DNA of 64,000 nt, taken from assembly GCA_030539115.1 (NCBI GenBank), contig JAUNSR010000016.1:1999-65998 (forward strand), written 5' to 3'. Below, in pieces: positions 41,517 through 52,528 of this stretch. Position 1 is the first letter of the stretch; every line of letters begins with the position of its first letter. The notes beneath the pieces are model-generated. The model did no database searches. It was not told where the DNA came from and saw only the letters and a list, made by a program, of their open reading frames with translations. A program made the position numbers and the translations under genes. The DNA is from Bacteroidales bacterium (GTDB lineage: Bacteria > Bacteroidota > Bacteroidia > Bacteroidales > JAUNSR01).

Positions 41517-41661
41517 AATTGTTAATAGGATATATTTGTTAATAATAAATTCTCTTCGAACCTCCCAAATTTAGCAATTTTCATATTAAGAAATATATAC
41601 ATTCATCTAAATGTTGCACTCATTTTATAAATATAGATATTCATAACATCTATTGATTTGG

Positions 41662-44600
41662 TTAATTCTTTGGCTCCATGCCGTTTATCTTATAGTATAA
41701 ATGATCGTTCTCCTGAAGAAAGTAAATGAGTTTTTTATTTACAGTAACTTTCTTTGATCTTGAGAACAGGTTTACTCTGTAGTTTGTCTCGGGATCAAAG
41801 ATCTCGAAAAATAATTCTGCCTTTGAATCCTTGTCGGAAGTAATTATTTCGTCAATAGTTTCAACCATCACTTTATGAACCTCCTGAAGAGGAATGCCGA
41901 TTGTTATTGATTCGATCAGACGGTCTTTAACATCCGGAAGAAGCTCTATAGTTCCAATTTTAAATTCAAGTTCCTCTTTTTTAAATCTCTTGGGAGTGTA
42001 TTTACCTTGAATGAAAAGATACATTCCATTGTATCCATATTTTCTAAATTCAACAAAGTCATTTCCAAAAAGAGGAATCTCGAATGAACCTGAATAATCC
42101 TCCAATTTCATAATGCCATAAGGATTCCCTGTTCTGGTAATGCCTTCACGAAAATTTGTAACAATACCGCCCATTCTAATCTCCCTGTTATAAAGATTCT
42201 CAGGAGCGGCAAACTCTGCCAATTGTGTATTGCACCCATAGTCAAGAGCTGTTTTGAATTCATCGAGAGGATGGGCGGAAAGGTAAATACCTACATATTC
42301 CTTTTCTTTGTTAAGTCTTTCCAAATCACCCCATGCAACATATTCAGGAAGAGCGGGACGTGCCACCTCAAAGGCTTCGGTACCTCCGAAAAGAGAGTTG
42401 ACAGAAATGTTTTTATCAGCCTGAAACTTGTTCCCATATCTTACCAAGACCTCAAGGAAAGTTTCACCTTTATTGCTTTGTTCAAAGAACTGCTCTCTTT
42501 TAATCTCTTTAAAATTGTCAAAAGCGCCGGCAAGAGCCAGAGCCTCTATGGATTTTTTATTTACAGCTCCAAGATTCACCCTTTCAATAAAGTCATATAT
42601 TCCTGTAAAAGGTCCATTTTCCTTTCTTTCATTTATTATATTGATAACAGCATTTTCACCAACACCTTTTATGGCAGCCATTCCAAAACGAATGTTACCG
42701 TCATGGTTGACAGTAAACTTGACATTACTCTCATTAACATCAGGACCGAGAACTTGAATCTTCATCATCTTGCATTCGTCCATGTATTTCACAAGCTCGG
42801 TGATGTTGGAAAGATTTCGGCTCAAAACAGAGGCCATATACTCGGCAGGAAAGTTAGCTTTCAAATAAGCTGTCTGATAGGCAACCCAGGAATAGCATGT
42901 GGCGTGGGATTTGTTGAAAGCATAGGATGCAAACTTTTCCCAGTCGCCCCAGATTTTTTCCAGAATTTTTGGATCGTGACCATTTTTTTTCCCTCCTTCT
43001 ATAAACTTAGGCTTCATGTGATCAAGCTTTTCTCTAAGCTTTTTACCCATGGCTTTACGAAGGGCATCAGATTCACCTCTTGTAAAGTCGGCAAGCAAAC
43101 GGGAAAGAAGCATGACCTGTTCCTGATAGACAGTAATACCATATGTGTCTTTAAGGTATTTCTCCATTACCGGGATGTCGTAAACAATAGGTTCAGCCCC
43201 ATGTTTACGTGCAATAAACTGAGGAATGTAATCCATCGGACCCGGACGATAAAGGGCATTCATCGCAATAAGATCTTCAAAAGTCGAAGGCTGAAGCTCC
43301 CTAAGATATTTCTGCATTCCGGCAGATTCAAACTGAAAAGTACCGGTGGTGCGCCCATCGCCATATAGTTTATATGTGGCTGGATCTTCAATTGAGATTT
43401 TGCTGATGTCAAGGTCAATGCCGCGTGAAAGCTTAATGTTTTCAAGAGCCTCTTTAATGATAGAAAGAGTCTTTAACCCAAGAAAGTCCATTTTGATAAG
43501 ACCTGTATCCTCAATCACGCAACCTTCATATTGGGTAACGAGCATTTTCTCCCCTGTTTCCTTATCGTCTGCTGTGCTCACAGGAACCCAATCGGTAATA
43601 TCATCACGACCAATAATGATTCCACAGGCATGCACTCCGGTGTTTCTGACATTACCCTCAAGCATTTGGGCATATTTCATGGTGTCTGAAACAAGCTGGT
43701 TGGGAGAGTTTACAGCCATCTGAAGCTCAGGCACATTCTCAATACAGTTCTTGAGATTTATTTTAAGTGACTTCCCATTAACCTCAGGCAAACGGTCAGG
43801 AATGAGCTTTGTAAGCCTGTCTGATTCGGAAAGAGGAAGTTTCTGAACCCTGGCAACATCCTTAATGGCAAGTTTTGTCGCCATAGTGCCATAAGTAATA
43901 ATATGGGCTACCTTTTCATGTCCATATTTTTCTGTTACCCATCTTAAGACTTCGCCACGTCCGTCATCATCAAAGTCAATATCGATATCTGGAAGGGAGA
44001 TACGGTCAGGATTAAGGAAACGTTCAAACAGAAGATCATATTTTATTGGGTCAATATCGGTAATCTTAAGGCAATAGGCAACAACAGAGCCGGCAGCAGA
44101 GCCACGACCCGGACCTACAGAGACACCCATTTTTCTTGCAGCGGCAATAAAATCCTGTACGATAAGAAAATATCCTGGAAATCCCATGTGCTTTATTGTA
44201 GCAAGCTCAAAGTCAAGTCTGTCTTTTTGTTCTGGAGTCATTTCACCCCAGCGCTCCTTTGAACCTTCGTAAGCAAGATATTTTAGATAGTCATCATCGT
44301 TTTCAAACCCCTCAGGAAGAGGAAAGTTGGGAAGAATGGGACCATGGTCGATTGTATAAAATTCAACTTTGTCAACAATTTCAACAGTATTGGTTAATGC
44401 TTCAGGAATGTCACCGAAAAGATTGTTCATTTCTTCAGTGGTTTTCATCCATTCCTGCTTTGTATATCTCATTCTGTTGGGATCATTAAGATCTTTGCCG
44501 GTATTTAAACAGATAAGACGGTCATGAGCCTCGGCATGCTCTTCGTTTACAAAGTGAACATCATTTGTACAGATTAGTTTGACGTTGAGCTCTTTGCTTA

Positions 44601-45330
44601 ATTCAACAATAACTTTGTTAACCTCCTCTTGGATGGGATATACTTCGCGGTTTGCATTTGGATTGTTAGTCTTATGACGCTGTATCTCAAGATAGTAGTC
44701 ATCGCCCCAAATATTTTTAAACCATTTGATTGTATCTTTGGCTCTCTCTATTTGTCCGCTGTGGATAAGCTTTGGAATTTCACCTCCAAGACAGGCTGAA
44801 GACACAATTAAACCCTCAGAATATTGTTCAAGTATTTCCTTGTCAATTCTTGGTCTGTAATAGTAGCCTTCCACCCAACCCATAGATACCAACTTGATGA
44901 GATTATGATATCCCTTGTTGTTTTTCGCCAATAAAATAAGGTGATGACCGCTTTGATCCTCCTTGCCATTTTTGCTTTTACGACCACGTCGTGCCACATA
45001 GACCTCACATCCGAAAATCGGTTTGAAAAGTTTTTGCTGAGCCTGAGAAATCTCATCTTTAATCTTGCTAATCTCCTCTAATGGAGGATTTCCCTCTTTC
45101 TCAAATTCGGAGAGCTTCTTTTTTAAAGATTTTATTTCATCATTTACCGCACCGTTTTTTTTGTTGGTATAATTGAAAAACTCTTTAATACCAAACATAT
45201 TGCCATGATCGGTAACGGCAATTCCTTTCATCCCGTCTTTAATAGCTTTGTCAACTAAAGCAGGAATGGAGGCTTGACCGTCAAGTATAGAATATTGGGA
45301 GTGAACGTGTAGATGAACAAATGGATACAT
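41662..45330 (-). CDS. dnaE: DNA polymerase III alpha subunit
   Basis: HLHVHSQYSILDG, TDHGN, GPGRGSAAGS, PDIDIDF, KMDFLGL, YAFNKSHA; no intein evident. Confidence 0.97.
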   Translation of the reverse strand: MYPFVHLHVHSQYSILDGQASIPALVDKAIKDGMKGIAVTDHGNMFGIKEFFNYTNKKNGAVNDEIKSLKKKLSEFEKEGNPPLEEISKIKDEISQAQQKLFKPIFGCEVYVARRGRKSKNGKEDQSGHHLILLAKNNKGYHNLIKLVSMGWVEGYYYRPRIDKEILEQYSEGLIVSSACLGGEIPKLIHSGQIERAKDTIKWFKNIWGDDYYLEIQRHKTNNPNANREVYPIQEEVNKVIVELSKELNVKLICTNDVHFVNEEHAEAHDRLICLNTGKDLNDPNRMRYTKQEWMKTTEEMNNLFGDIPEALTNTVEIVDKVEFYTIDHGPILPNFPLPEGFENDDDYLKYLAYEGSKERWGEMTPEQKDRLDFELATIKHMGFPGYFLIVQDFIAAARKMGVSVGPGRGSAAGSVVAYCLKITDIDPIKYDLLFERFLNPDRISLPDIDIDFDDDGRGEVLRWVTEKYGHEKVAHIITYGTMATKLAIKDVARVQKLPLSESDRLTKLIPDRLPEVNGKSLKINLKNCIENVPELQMAVNSPNQLVSDTMKYAQMLEGNVRNTGVHACGIIIGRDDITDWVPVSTADDKETGEKMLVTQYEGCVIEDTGLIKMDFLGLKTLSIIKEALENIKLSRGIDLDISKISIEDPATYKLYGDGRTTGTFQFESAGMQKYLRELQPSTFEDLIAMNALYRPGPMDYIPQFIARKHGAEPIVYDIPVMEKYLKDTYGITVYQEQVMLLSRLLADFTRGESDALRKAMGKKLREKLDHMKPKFIEGGKKNGHDPKILEKIWGDWEKFASYAFNKSHATCYSWVAYQTAYLKANFPAEYMASVLSRNLSNITELVKYMDECKMMKIQVLGPDVNESNVKFTVNHDGNIRFGMAAIKGVGENAVINIINERKENGPFTGIYDFIERVNLGAVNKKSIEALALAGAFDNFKEIKREQFFEQSNKGETFLEVLVRYGNKFQADKNISVNSLFGGTEAFEVARPALPEYVAWGDLERLNKEKEYVGIYLSAHPLDEFKTALDYGCNTQLAEFAAPENLYNREIRMGGIVTNFREGITRTGNPYGIMKLEDYSGSFEIPLFGNDFVEFRKYGYNGMYLFIQGKYTPKRFKKEELEFKIGTIELLPDVKDRLIESITIGIPLQEVHKVMVETIDEIITSDKDSKAELFFEIFDPETNYRVNLFSRSKKVTVNKKLIYFLQENDHLYYKINGMEPKN

Positions 45331-45556
45331 AGTAGATGCTTTCTTTTAATAGAACGGATATAACATAATACGGCAAAAACAATTTTTTGTTTGAAACGAT
45401 AAACAAAATATTCAAGTACCGGCAATTAAATCAATCATTGACAAAGGTAAGAATTATCAACCCTTACTCTAATTAAAATAATTAAAATAGATTCTTAAAG
45501 ATATTGTTTTGGATTGAGTGAAATAACATTAAATGCAAAATTTATTTAAGATAAAA

Positions 45557-45602
45557 AAAATAGTCTGTGTTCGTTATATAAAATATCGAACACAGACTAT
45601 TT
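45557..45602 (-). terminator. Terminator of aspC
   Basis: AAAATAGTCTGTGTTCG / CGAACACAGACTATTTT inverted repeat. Confidence 0.8.
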
Positions 45603-45627
45603 AAGTATTATAAAAAAAATAAGGAGA

Positions 45628-46821
45628 CTATTTTAAAAGAGAAATAGCCTCTTTGATACGTTTCATTGCTTCAACAAGATTTTCATCCGAAGTGGCATAA
45701 GAAAAGCGAAGGCATTCGGGCGCTCCAAAAGCATTGCCTCCAACAGTTGCAACAAGTGCTTTCTCAAGCAAATACATTGCAAGATCATTGGAATTGTTGA
45801 TTACCCATTTGTCGTAAGATTTGCCAAAAAGAGAGCTTACTTCAGGAAAAAGATAAAATGCCCCGTCAGGCATGTTTACTTTAAAGCCAGGAATCTCTTT
45901 AGCAAGATTATAAACTAATTTTCTACGACGATCAAATGCTAAACGCATTTCTTCTACACATTGCTGAGGACCGGTATAAGCGGCAACGGCAGCCTTTTGA
46001 GCAATTGAAGAGGCTCCAGAAGTATATTGACCTTGAAGTTTATTGCAGGCTTTTGCTATCCATAAAGGAGCGGCAATATAACCGATACGCCATCCTGTCA
46101 TTGCATATGCTTTTGAAACTCCATTTACAATGACAACTCTGTCTTTAATATTGTCAAACTGAGCAATGCTTTCATGCTTGCCTATATAATTAATATGCTC
46201 ATATATCTCGTCTGCAATAATAATTATTTTTGGATATTTGGCAAGTACATCGGCAAGACCTTTAAGCTCCTCTTTGCTGTAAACGCTTCCTGTTGGATTT
46301 GAAGGAGAACAAAGAATAAGGGCTTTGGTTGCAGGAGTAATTACACTCTCTAACTGTTCTGGAGTGATTTTAAAGTCCTGTTCAATGCCCGCTTTAATGA
46401 TAATATTTTTGCCATCAGCAAGTTTTACCATTTCAAAATAACTTACCCAAGCAGGGGTAGGAACGATAACTTCGTCGCCTGCGCCAATAATACTAAGAAG
46501 AGTGTTGCAAACCGACTGTTTTGCTCCGTTTGATACAATGATTTGTTCAGGGGCATACTCTAAACCATTTTCATTTTTAAGCTTAGCACAAATAGCCTTT
46601 CTTAAATCCATATATCCGGGAACCGGAGAATAGAAGGAAAAGTTGTCGTCGATGGCTTTTTTGGCAGCTTGTTTGATATGATCAGGTGTAAAGAAATCAG
46701 GTTCCCCGACGCTAAGATTAATAACGTCAAAACCTTGTGCCTTTAACTCATTACTTTTTTGAGACATGGCCAAAGTCTCAGAAGGAGAAAGGCTGGCCAA
46801 ACGAGCAGATACTTGATCCAT
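45628..46821 (-). CDS. aspC: Aspartate aminotransferase (class I PLP-dependent)
   Basis: GEPDF, SPSNPTG, DEIYE, SKAYAMTGWRIG. Confidence 0.9.
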   Translation of the reverse strand: MDQVSARLASLSPSETLAMSQKSNELKAQGFDVINLSVGEPDFFTPDHIKQAAKKAIDDNFSFYSPVPGYMDLRKAICAKLKNENGLEYAPEQIIVSNGAKQSVCNTLLSIIGAGDEVIVPTPAWVSYFEMVKLADGKNIIIKAGIEQDFKITPEQLESVITPATKALILCSPSNPTGSVYSKEELKGLADVLAKYPKIIIIADEIYEHINYIGKHESIAQFDNIKDRVVIVNGVSKAYAMTGWRIGYIAAPLWIAKACNKLQGQYTSGASSIAQKAAVAAYTGPQQCVEEMRLAFDRRRKLVYNLAKEIPGFKVNMPDGAFYLFPEVSSLFGKSYDKWVINNSNDLAMYLLEKALVATVGGNAFGAPECLRFSYATSDENLVEAMKRIKEAISLLK

Positions 46822-46890
46822 GCGTAAAATGATTTAATTTTTTTAGTTATAGCTTAAGTCTGCAAATGAACTAAAAAAGAGTGAATAAAC

Positions 46891-46938
46891 AAAAAAAGCA
46901 AAAGAGTTTTGACTTTTATAGTGACAAAACTCTTTTGC
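46891..46938 (-). terminator. Terminator after ribBA
   Basis: GCAAAAGAGTTTTG / CAAAACTCTTTTGC inverted repeat with T7 on the minus strand. Confidence 0.7.
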
Positions 46939-47064
46939 AGTTTATTTTGGGCTTACATTTATTGCTGAAAATAAGAATGATAAAAGACGAATGCAATCCT
47001 TTGTCCAGTTTTAATTGCAGAATGAAATGTAATTGTTCTATTGTGTACAATAAAAATGAAACTA

Positions 47065-48282
47065 TTATTTTACGCTTTTAAGGATATGCCCCATTCTTTC
47101 CTTTTTTGTATGCATATAAAATTCATTATATTTATTAGGCTTGATTTCTATAGGCACATTTTCAACAATTTCAAGGCCATAACCCTCAAGACCAATTCTT
47201 TTAACAGGATTGTTGCTCATGAGTCTCATTTTTGTAACTCCAAGGCACTTTAATATGCTTGCTCCAACACCATAGTCTCTTTCATCGGCATCAAATCCAA
47301 GATGAAGATTGGCGTCAACAGTATCCATCCCCTGCTCCTGAAGTTTGTAGGCTTTAATTTTGTTCATAAGACCGATACCGCGTCCCTCTTGATTCATGTA
47401 AACAATAACGCCTTTTCCCTCTTTGTCGATAGTTTCCATAGCTTTGTGAAGCTGCTCACCGCATTCACATCTCATGGAGCCAAAAATATCGCCGGTAGCA
47501 CATGAGCTATGCACCCTTACCAATATAGGTTCATTCTCGTCCCATTGACCTTTAATCAAAGCAACATGTTCAAGTCCGTTTGACTTTTGTCTGAAAGGTA
47601 TAATCTTAAAATCTCCATAGTGAGTTGGAAGATGTACCTCTTCACCTTGCTCGACAATTGACTCCTCTTTAAGACGATATTTGATAAGATCGGCAACTGA
47701 AATGATTTTCATGTTGTTTTCTTTGGCTATCTCGACAAGCTGAGGCAATCTTGCCATAGTGCCATCTTCATTAAGAATTTCAATTAAAACGCCAACAGGA
47801 TTTAAACTTGCAAGACGACAAAGATCAACGGCAGCTTCTGTATGGCCAGCTCTGCGAAGGACGCCTCTATTGCGCGCTCTTAAAGGAAAAATGTGTCCCG
47901 GGCGACCTAAATCCTCAGCCTTAGTAGAGGGGTCGGCAAGATATTTTAGAGTAGTTGCTCTATCATAAGCGGAAATCCCTGTTGTGCAACCATGAGTCAA
48001 AAGATCTACTGAAATAGTAAATGGAGTGGCGTGCAAAGATGTATTTGAATTAACCATAAAAGGAAGTTCAAGGCGGTCAGCAACTTCTTCACTCATGGGA
48101 GCACACATTAAACCTCTTCCGTAGCGAGCCATGAAGTTTGCTTTTTCAGGAGTCATAAGTTGGGCACAACCAATGAAGTCTCCCTCATTTTCTCTATCCT
48201 CATCGTCAACAACAATGATAAGGTTACCTTTTTTGACCTCCTCAATTGCTTCGTCTATAGTATTGAATTGAAAATCTTTCAT
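47065..48282 (-). CDS. ribBA: DHBP synthase / GTP cyclohydrolase II
   Basis: [48 protein letters not shown]; start MKDFQF preferred because the upstream ATG lies inside the repeat. Confidence 0.95.
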   Translation of the reverse strand: MKDFQFNTIDEAIEEVKKGNLIIVVDDEDRENEGDFIGCAQLMTPEKANFMARYGRGLMCAPMSEEVADRLELPFMVNSNTSLHATPFTISVDLLTHGCTTGISAYDRATTLKYLADPSTKAEDLGRPGHIFPLRARNRGVLRRAGHTEAAVDLCRLASLNPVGVLIEILNEDGTMARLPQLVEIAKENNMKIISVADLIKYRLKEESIVEQGEEVHLPTHYGDFKIIPFRQKSNGLEHVALIKGQWDENEPILVRVHSSCATGDIFGSMRCECGEQLHKAMETIDKEGKGVIVYMNQEGRGIGLMNKIKAYKLQEQGMDTVDANLHLGFDADERDYGVGASILKCLGVTKMRLMSNNPVKRIGLEGYGLEIVENVPIEIKPNKYNEFYMHTKKERMGHILKSVK

Positions 48283-48315
48283 TTTTATGTAATTTATTTT
48301 TTTAACATTAAGGCG

Positions 48316-48393
48316 TAAATGCGCCATTTATATACCTTTTGTTTAGTAAACCAATATAGATTTGGCTATGGTAGTTAAAACTTTATTCATTTA
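48316..48393 (-). repeat. Structured leader element, diverged copy upstream of ribBA
   Basis: Plus strand TAAATGCGCCATTTATATACCTTTT...GCTATGGTAGTT...TTCATTTA, homologous to the other copies. Confidence 0.75.
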
Positions 48394-48428
48394 TCTGTAA
48401 CACAATTCCTTAAATATCTCTTTGAGAA

Positions 48429-50333
48429 CTAATCAAGTGAATATGTTTCTTTTATAACTTGAATTAATTCTTTGTTTTTTTCAATTATAGAAGATATAGC
48501 CATTAATCTTTTCTTTCTCTTATACATAGCAAATATATAATATGGTATGCTGAAAGGTAATAAAAGAGCAATAATTATACCTAATTTATTGTTATGTGTT
48601 GGAGAACCAAAGTTAATTTTAAATAATACAGGATAGTCGGATAATCTTAAAAGAATTTTATTATTGTCTGCATTACTTCCTGTTTCAAAGAATATATTAT
48701 ATTTTACAATCAAATCGTCCCATCCTTGAGCCTGATGTTTGTCCTCAAAGAAATAAATAAAATTCTTTGACATTTTGTTCGTCGATTGTTCAATATATTT
48801 CTCGCACACTTGATTAAGAGACTCAATCTGTGCTACATATTCTGAAGGCTTGACACTTTCAATGATGACCTCTTTCTTTTCAAAAAGTCTCTTTTTCTGA
48901 ATGCCAAAAACATTTCTCATAAAGTTTAGATAGGTGTCAAAGCTGAATAAGACAGAATCGTTTACTGCCTTATAGGTAAAGAAGATTCCCAAAGGAAGAA
49001 GTATTGCAGAACTCATCCACATGCCTTCCCAAACAGCCATGTTACCGTCTCTTGACATCTTGACTCCGGTGTTGTCGATAACATAATAAACTATGAAAAG
49101 AAAAATTGAAACAATTACCGGCATTCCCAAACCGCCCTTTCCTATAATGGCTCCAAGCGGGGCACCAATGAAAAAGAAAACAAGACAGGCAAAAGAGAGA
49201 GAAAACTTTTTATGCATTTCTATTTCATGTCTTCTTATGGTTTTATTGTCATCTCTTTGTATGGTCTCTTTGAAGCCATAATCCTGACGAACGTTGTTGA
49301 CCTTTTGCTGAGACTTTGAAAGTATTGATTCCTTTGTCTTTATAGAAAGTGAATTGTATATGCTGTCAAGACTTAAATCCTTAATATCTGAAGAGGCAAT
49401 TATAGAATCATCTTTGGCATCAAAAGAGACATTTGTAATATATGTGGAATTTACCAAAGCTGTAGCATAAGTTCCCGTTATTGAGTCTCTTTTTACAGTT
49501 AATGAATCAATCGATTCCTTTAACTTGGCAATGTTTTTGCCAACATATTGACCTGCCATGACAGATTCATCCATTCTGTTGAAATTGGCGTCAAACTCAA
49601 TTAAAACCTCTTTTTTGGAAAAAGATTCTCTCCTATATGGAACGTTGGATTTGGAGCCCCTTTGGTCTTTTAAATTCTCAAATGACTCACCATTGTAGAG
49701 GGTTAAATAAAGAAACTGCTTGTCATCAGTCATCTTAAGCTTGGCAGAGTCGGCAACATAGACGCCGGCATCTTCAAAGCTTCCGCTATAATTATAAATC
49801 ATAACATCGTAAAGCATCCCTGTCTGGGGATTTTTTTTCTTTACATATATATTATAGCCGTCAATCTCTTTATAAAAAACTCCCTCAGGAATATCTAGTT
49901 CAGGTGACTTGTGTCTCATTGAAAAGAGCAGGGAAAACATTTTAACCTGAGCCCTTGGAAGAACTTCATTCTGAAAGAAAAATGCCCCCACAGCAATAAA
50001 TGAAACCACAAGAATTAGTGGCGTCATTATCCTAATAAGAGACACTCCGGCAGCTTTCATTGACAAAAGCTCGAGCCTCTCTGCCAAATTTCCAAAAGTC
50101 ATCAATGAGGCTAAAAGAATAGCCAAGGGAAGTGCCAAAGGTGCAAAACTTAAACCGGCATAGAAAAAAAGTTCGGCAAGAATCTTCATGTCAAGTCCCT
50201 TGCCAACCAAATCATCTACCTGCTGCCAAAGAAATTGCATCAGGACAATAAATAAGCAAATGAAAAATGTCATGCAAAAGACAGGTATAAATGTCTGAAG
50301 CATGAAAGTATCTAATCTTTTTATGCGAAACAT
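48429..50333 (-). CDS. LptF/LptG-family LPS export permease
   Basis: LPLAILLASLMTFGNL.E..EL..MKAAG, IEMHKKF, IGAPLG; start MFRIKRLD. Confidence 0.88.
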   Translation of the reverse strand: MFRIKRLDTFMLQTFIPVFCMTFFICLFIVLMQFLWQQVDDLVGKGLDMKILAELFFYAGLSFAPLALPLAILLASLMTFGNLAERLELLSMKAAGVSLIRIMTPLILVVSFIAVGAFFFQNEVLPRAQVKMFSLLFSMRHKSPELDIPEGVFYKEIDGYNIYVKKKNPQTGMLYDVMIYNYSGSFEDAGVYVADSAKLKMTDDKQFLYLTLYNGESFENLKDQRGSKSNVPYRRESFSKKEVLIEFDANFNRMDESVMAGQYVGKNIAKLKESIDSLTVKRDSITGTYATALVNSTYITNVSFDAKDDSIIASSDIKDLSLDSIYNSLSIKTKESILSKSQQKVNNVRQDYGFKETIQRDDNKTIRRHEIEMHKKFSLSFACLVFFFIGAPLGAIIGKGGLGMPVIVSIFLFIVYYVIDNTGVKMSRDGNMAVWEGMWMSSAILLPLGIFFTYKAVNDSVLFSFDTYLNFMRNVFGIQKKRLFEKKEVIIESVKPSEYVAQIESLNQVCEKYIEQSTNKMSKNFIYFFEDKHQAQGWDDLIVKYNIFFETGSNADNNKILLRLSDYPVLFKINFGSPTHNNKLGIIIALLLPFSIPYYIFAMYKRKKRLMAISSIIEKNKELIQVIKETYSLD

Positions 50334-50415
50334 ATCTTTTTTGATTGTACGCAAAAGTAATTTAATTTTTTGAATCCGCTTAAACAGGTTTTTCTATTTA
50401 TATAAATAATGGTAA

Positions 50416-50799
50416 TTAGAGTCCAATTTTTCTTTTCAAACTTTCAATTTGTAGATTCCAAAGTTCAATAGTCTCATCTTTTTCATCAGGCTCACTAAAA
50501 TCTATTATTTCGAGAATGGTATCTCCCGTTAATTCCACCTGAAGTATCCTAAATTCAAAATATATTCTATTATCAGTCTCATCATCCCATCTGAAACGAA
50601 TGAATACACCTGTACGGCACCCTATTTGCTCTGCGCTTTGAGATGTCTTATCCCAAATAAAGGTGAACTTTTTCCCACTTATCTTGACATCGTCGGCAAA
50701 CCAATTGGCAAGTCCCGAGGGAGTGCTTATGTAACTCCACAAGACAGTCGGAGAAACTGTTAAAAGTGTATATTCAATGTTTATCTTTTCTTTACTCAT
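50416..50799 (-). CDS. START-like (SRPBCC) domain protein
   Basis: LW.YISTPSGL..WFADDV, IRFRW, YFEF, L.I.DF motifs. Confidence 0.8.
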   Translation of the reverse strand: MSKEKINIEYTLLTVSPTVLWSYISTPSGLANWFADDVKISGKKFTFIWDKTSQSAEQIGCRTGVFIRFRWDDETDNRIYFEFRILQVELTGDTILEIIDFSEPDEKDETIELWNLQIESLKRKIGL

Positions 50800-51156
50800 A
50801 GTATGTGATTTTTCGCAATATAGAAATAAAATTATATATAGGCAATAAACATAAAATAAATGTGAAAATAATATAAAGACATATTATTAAATATCTGTAT
50901 TTCAGTTAAATATAAAACAATGAATTTAGTTACAAATTGAAAGTGTTTTTTCTTTTTTTAGATGATTATTAATTAAATTATTCATTTTCTCAAATAGATT
51001 ATTCTTGTCTATATGCTGATCTTGCCTTAATTATGACATATAATACTTTTTTTTATTAAGTAAGTTATTGATTTTTTATTGTTTATTTTTTTTCTCCTTA
51101 TAATTATTTAAATAAGTTTGTCGCTCTTAATTAATATTAATTCTCAAATTTATCAC

Positions 51157-52341
51157 ATGTCAACTGCACAAACATCATCAGCATCTTTTTTAGATTCCAA
51201 ACCGCATTACAATCTTCTTGACGGATTAAGAGGGGTAGCGGCATTAATGGTAATATGGTATCATGTTTTTGAGGGCTTTGCCACAAGTCCCACTGATCAA
51301 AAATTTAATCATGGTTATTTAGCGGTAGATTTTTTCTTTATTCTATCGGGCTTTGTAATTGGTTATGCTTATGATGACAGGTGGAAATCAATGAAACCAA
51401 AGGATTTTTTTAAAAGACGACTCATTCGTCTGCATCCTATGGTAATATTAGGCGCAATATTTGGTGCAATAACATTTTATATACAGGGAAGCGTGAAATG
51501 GGATGGCTCTTCGGTGGGTATTTCTATGATTATGCTTGCACTTCTTGCAAACCTTTTCCTTATTCCTTCAGCCCCAGGCGGAGCAAGCGAAGTAAGAGGC
51601 AACGGAGAAATGTACCCTTTAAACGGACCAAGTTGGTCTTTGTTTTTTGAATATATAGGAAATATTCTATATGCATTGTTTATCAGACGACTCTCAACAA
51701 AAGCTCTGACAGTATTGGTGATTCTCTCAGGAGCAAGTTTAGCTTCCTTTGCATTATTTAATATGTCAGGATATGGCCATATCGGAGTTGGCTGGACATT
51801 GGCTGACTACAATTTATTGGGTGGTTTTTTAAGAATGATGTTTGCATTTTCTATTGGAATGCTGATGTCGAGAAAATTCAAACCTGTAAAAATTAAGGGA
51901 GCATTCTGGATATGCAGTTTATTTGTAATCGCTCTTTTATCAATGCCTTACATTGGGGATGAAACCACTCCTTGGATGAACGGTATCTATGATTCTGTTT
52001 GTGCTATACTTATTTTCCCTATCTTGGTCTATTTAGGTGCATCAGGAACGACCACCGATATTAAATCTACCAAAATATGTAAATTTCTTGGTGACATCTC
52101 CTATCCTTTATATGTTGTCCATTATCCATTTATGTACCTGTTTTACGCATGGGTATGGGCAGAGGAATTGTCTTTTGTGCAGGCATGGCCGGTAGCTGTA
52201 GGTCTTTTCTTTGGAAACATCCTGTTGGCTTATGTTTGCTTAAAAATTTATGACGAGCCTGTAAGAAAATACCTTACAAAGCGTTGGCTTCAATCGGAAA
52301 ATAAATCAGTTGCTGCCCAAACGGTAGAAAAAACTGTTTAA
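51157..52341 (+). CDS. Acyltransferase family 3 (OafA-like) membrane protein
   Basis: LDGLRGVAA, AVDFFFILSGFV, RRLIRL.P, WSL..E, LGDISYPLY..H.P; TAAGTTTG -7 element at 51113-51120. Confidence 0.88.
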   Translation: MSTAQTSSASFLDSKPHYNLLDGLRGVAALMVIWYHVFEGFATSPTDQKFNHGYLAVDFFFILSGFVIGYAYDDRWKSMKPKDFFKRRLIRLHPMVILGAIFGAITFYIQGSVKWDGSSVGISMIMLALLANLFLIPSAPGGASEVRGNGEMYPLNGPSWSLFFEYIGNILYALFIRRLSTKALTVLVILSGASLASFALFNMSGYGHIGVGWTLADYNLLGGFLRMMFAFSIGMLMSRKFKPVKIKGAFWICSLFVIALLSMPYIGDETTPWMNGIYDSVCAILIFPILVYLGASGTTTDIKSTKICKFLGDISYPLYVVHYPFMYLFYAWVWAEELSFVQAWPVAVGLFFGNILLAYVCLKIYDEPVRKYLTKRWLQSENKSVAAQTVEKTV

Positions 52342-52360
52342 TATCTCTATCCTATAAAAT

Positions 52361-52402
52361 AAAAAAGAGCGTCTTTTGAAATATTCAAAGACGCTCTTTT
52401 TT
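52361..52402. terminator. Bidirectional terminator
   Basis: AAAAAAGAGCGTCTTT / AAAGACGCTCTTTTTT inverted repeat. Confidence 0.8.
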
Positions 52403-52528
52403 ATTATATCTAAATAGATTTTTTAAACATACATAATAGAAAGCATTTTATAATATGAATCCTTTTTAATTAAGAAGCTATCCTTAAAGTTTCAAATACT
52501 TCCATTATTGCTTAAAAAAGTTTTTTTC

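Noticed and set aside
42223-43368. 381-aa ORF antisense to dnaE
   Set aside because: Codon-register shadow of a conserved gene with no recognisable motifs; the same applies to the other short antisense ORFs.
48283-48327. N-terminal extension MAHLRLNV... of RibBA
   Set aside because: The ATG belongs to the repeat core and is out of frame with the downstream gene in the DUF3843 and EamA-proximal copies.
48283-48428. FMN riboswitch upstream of ribBA
   Set aside because: None of the conserved RFN sequence blocks are present; the space holds the repeat element.
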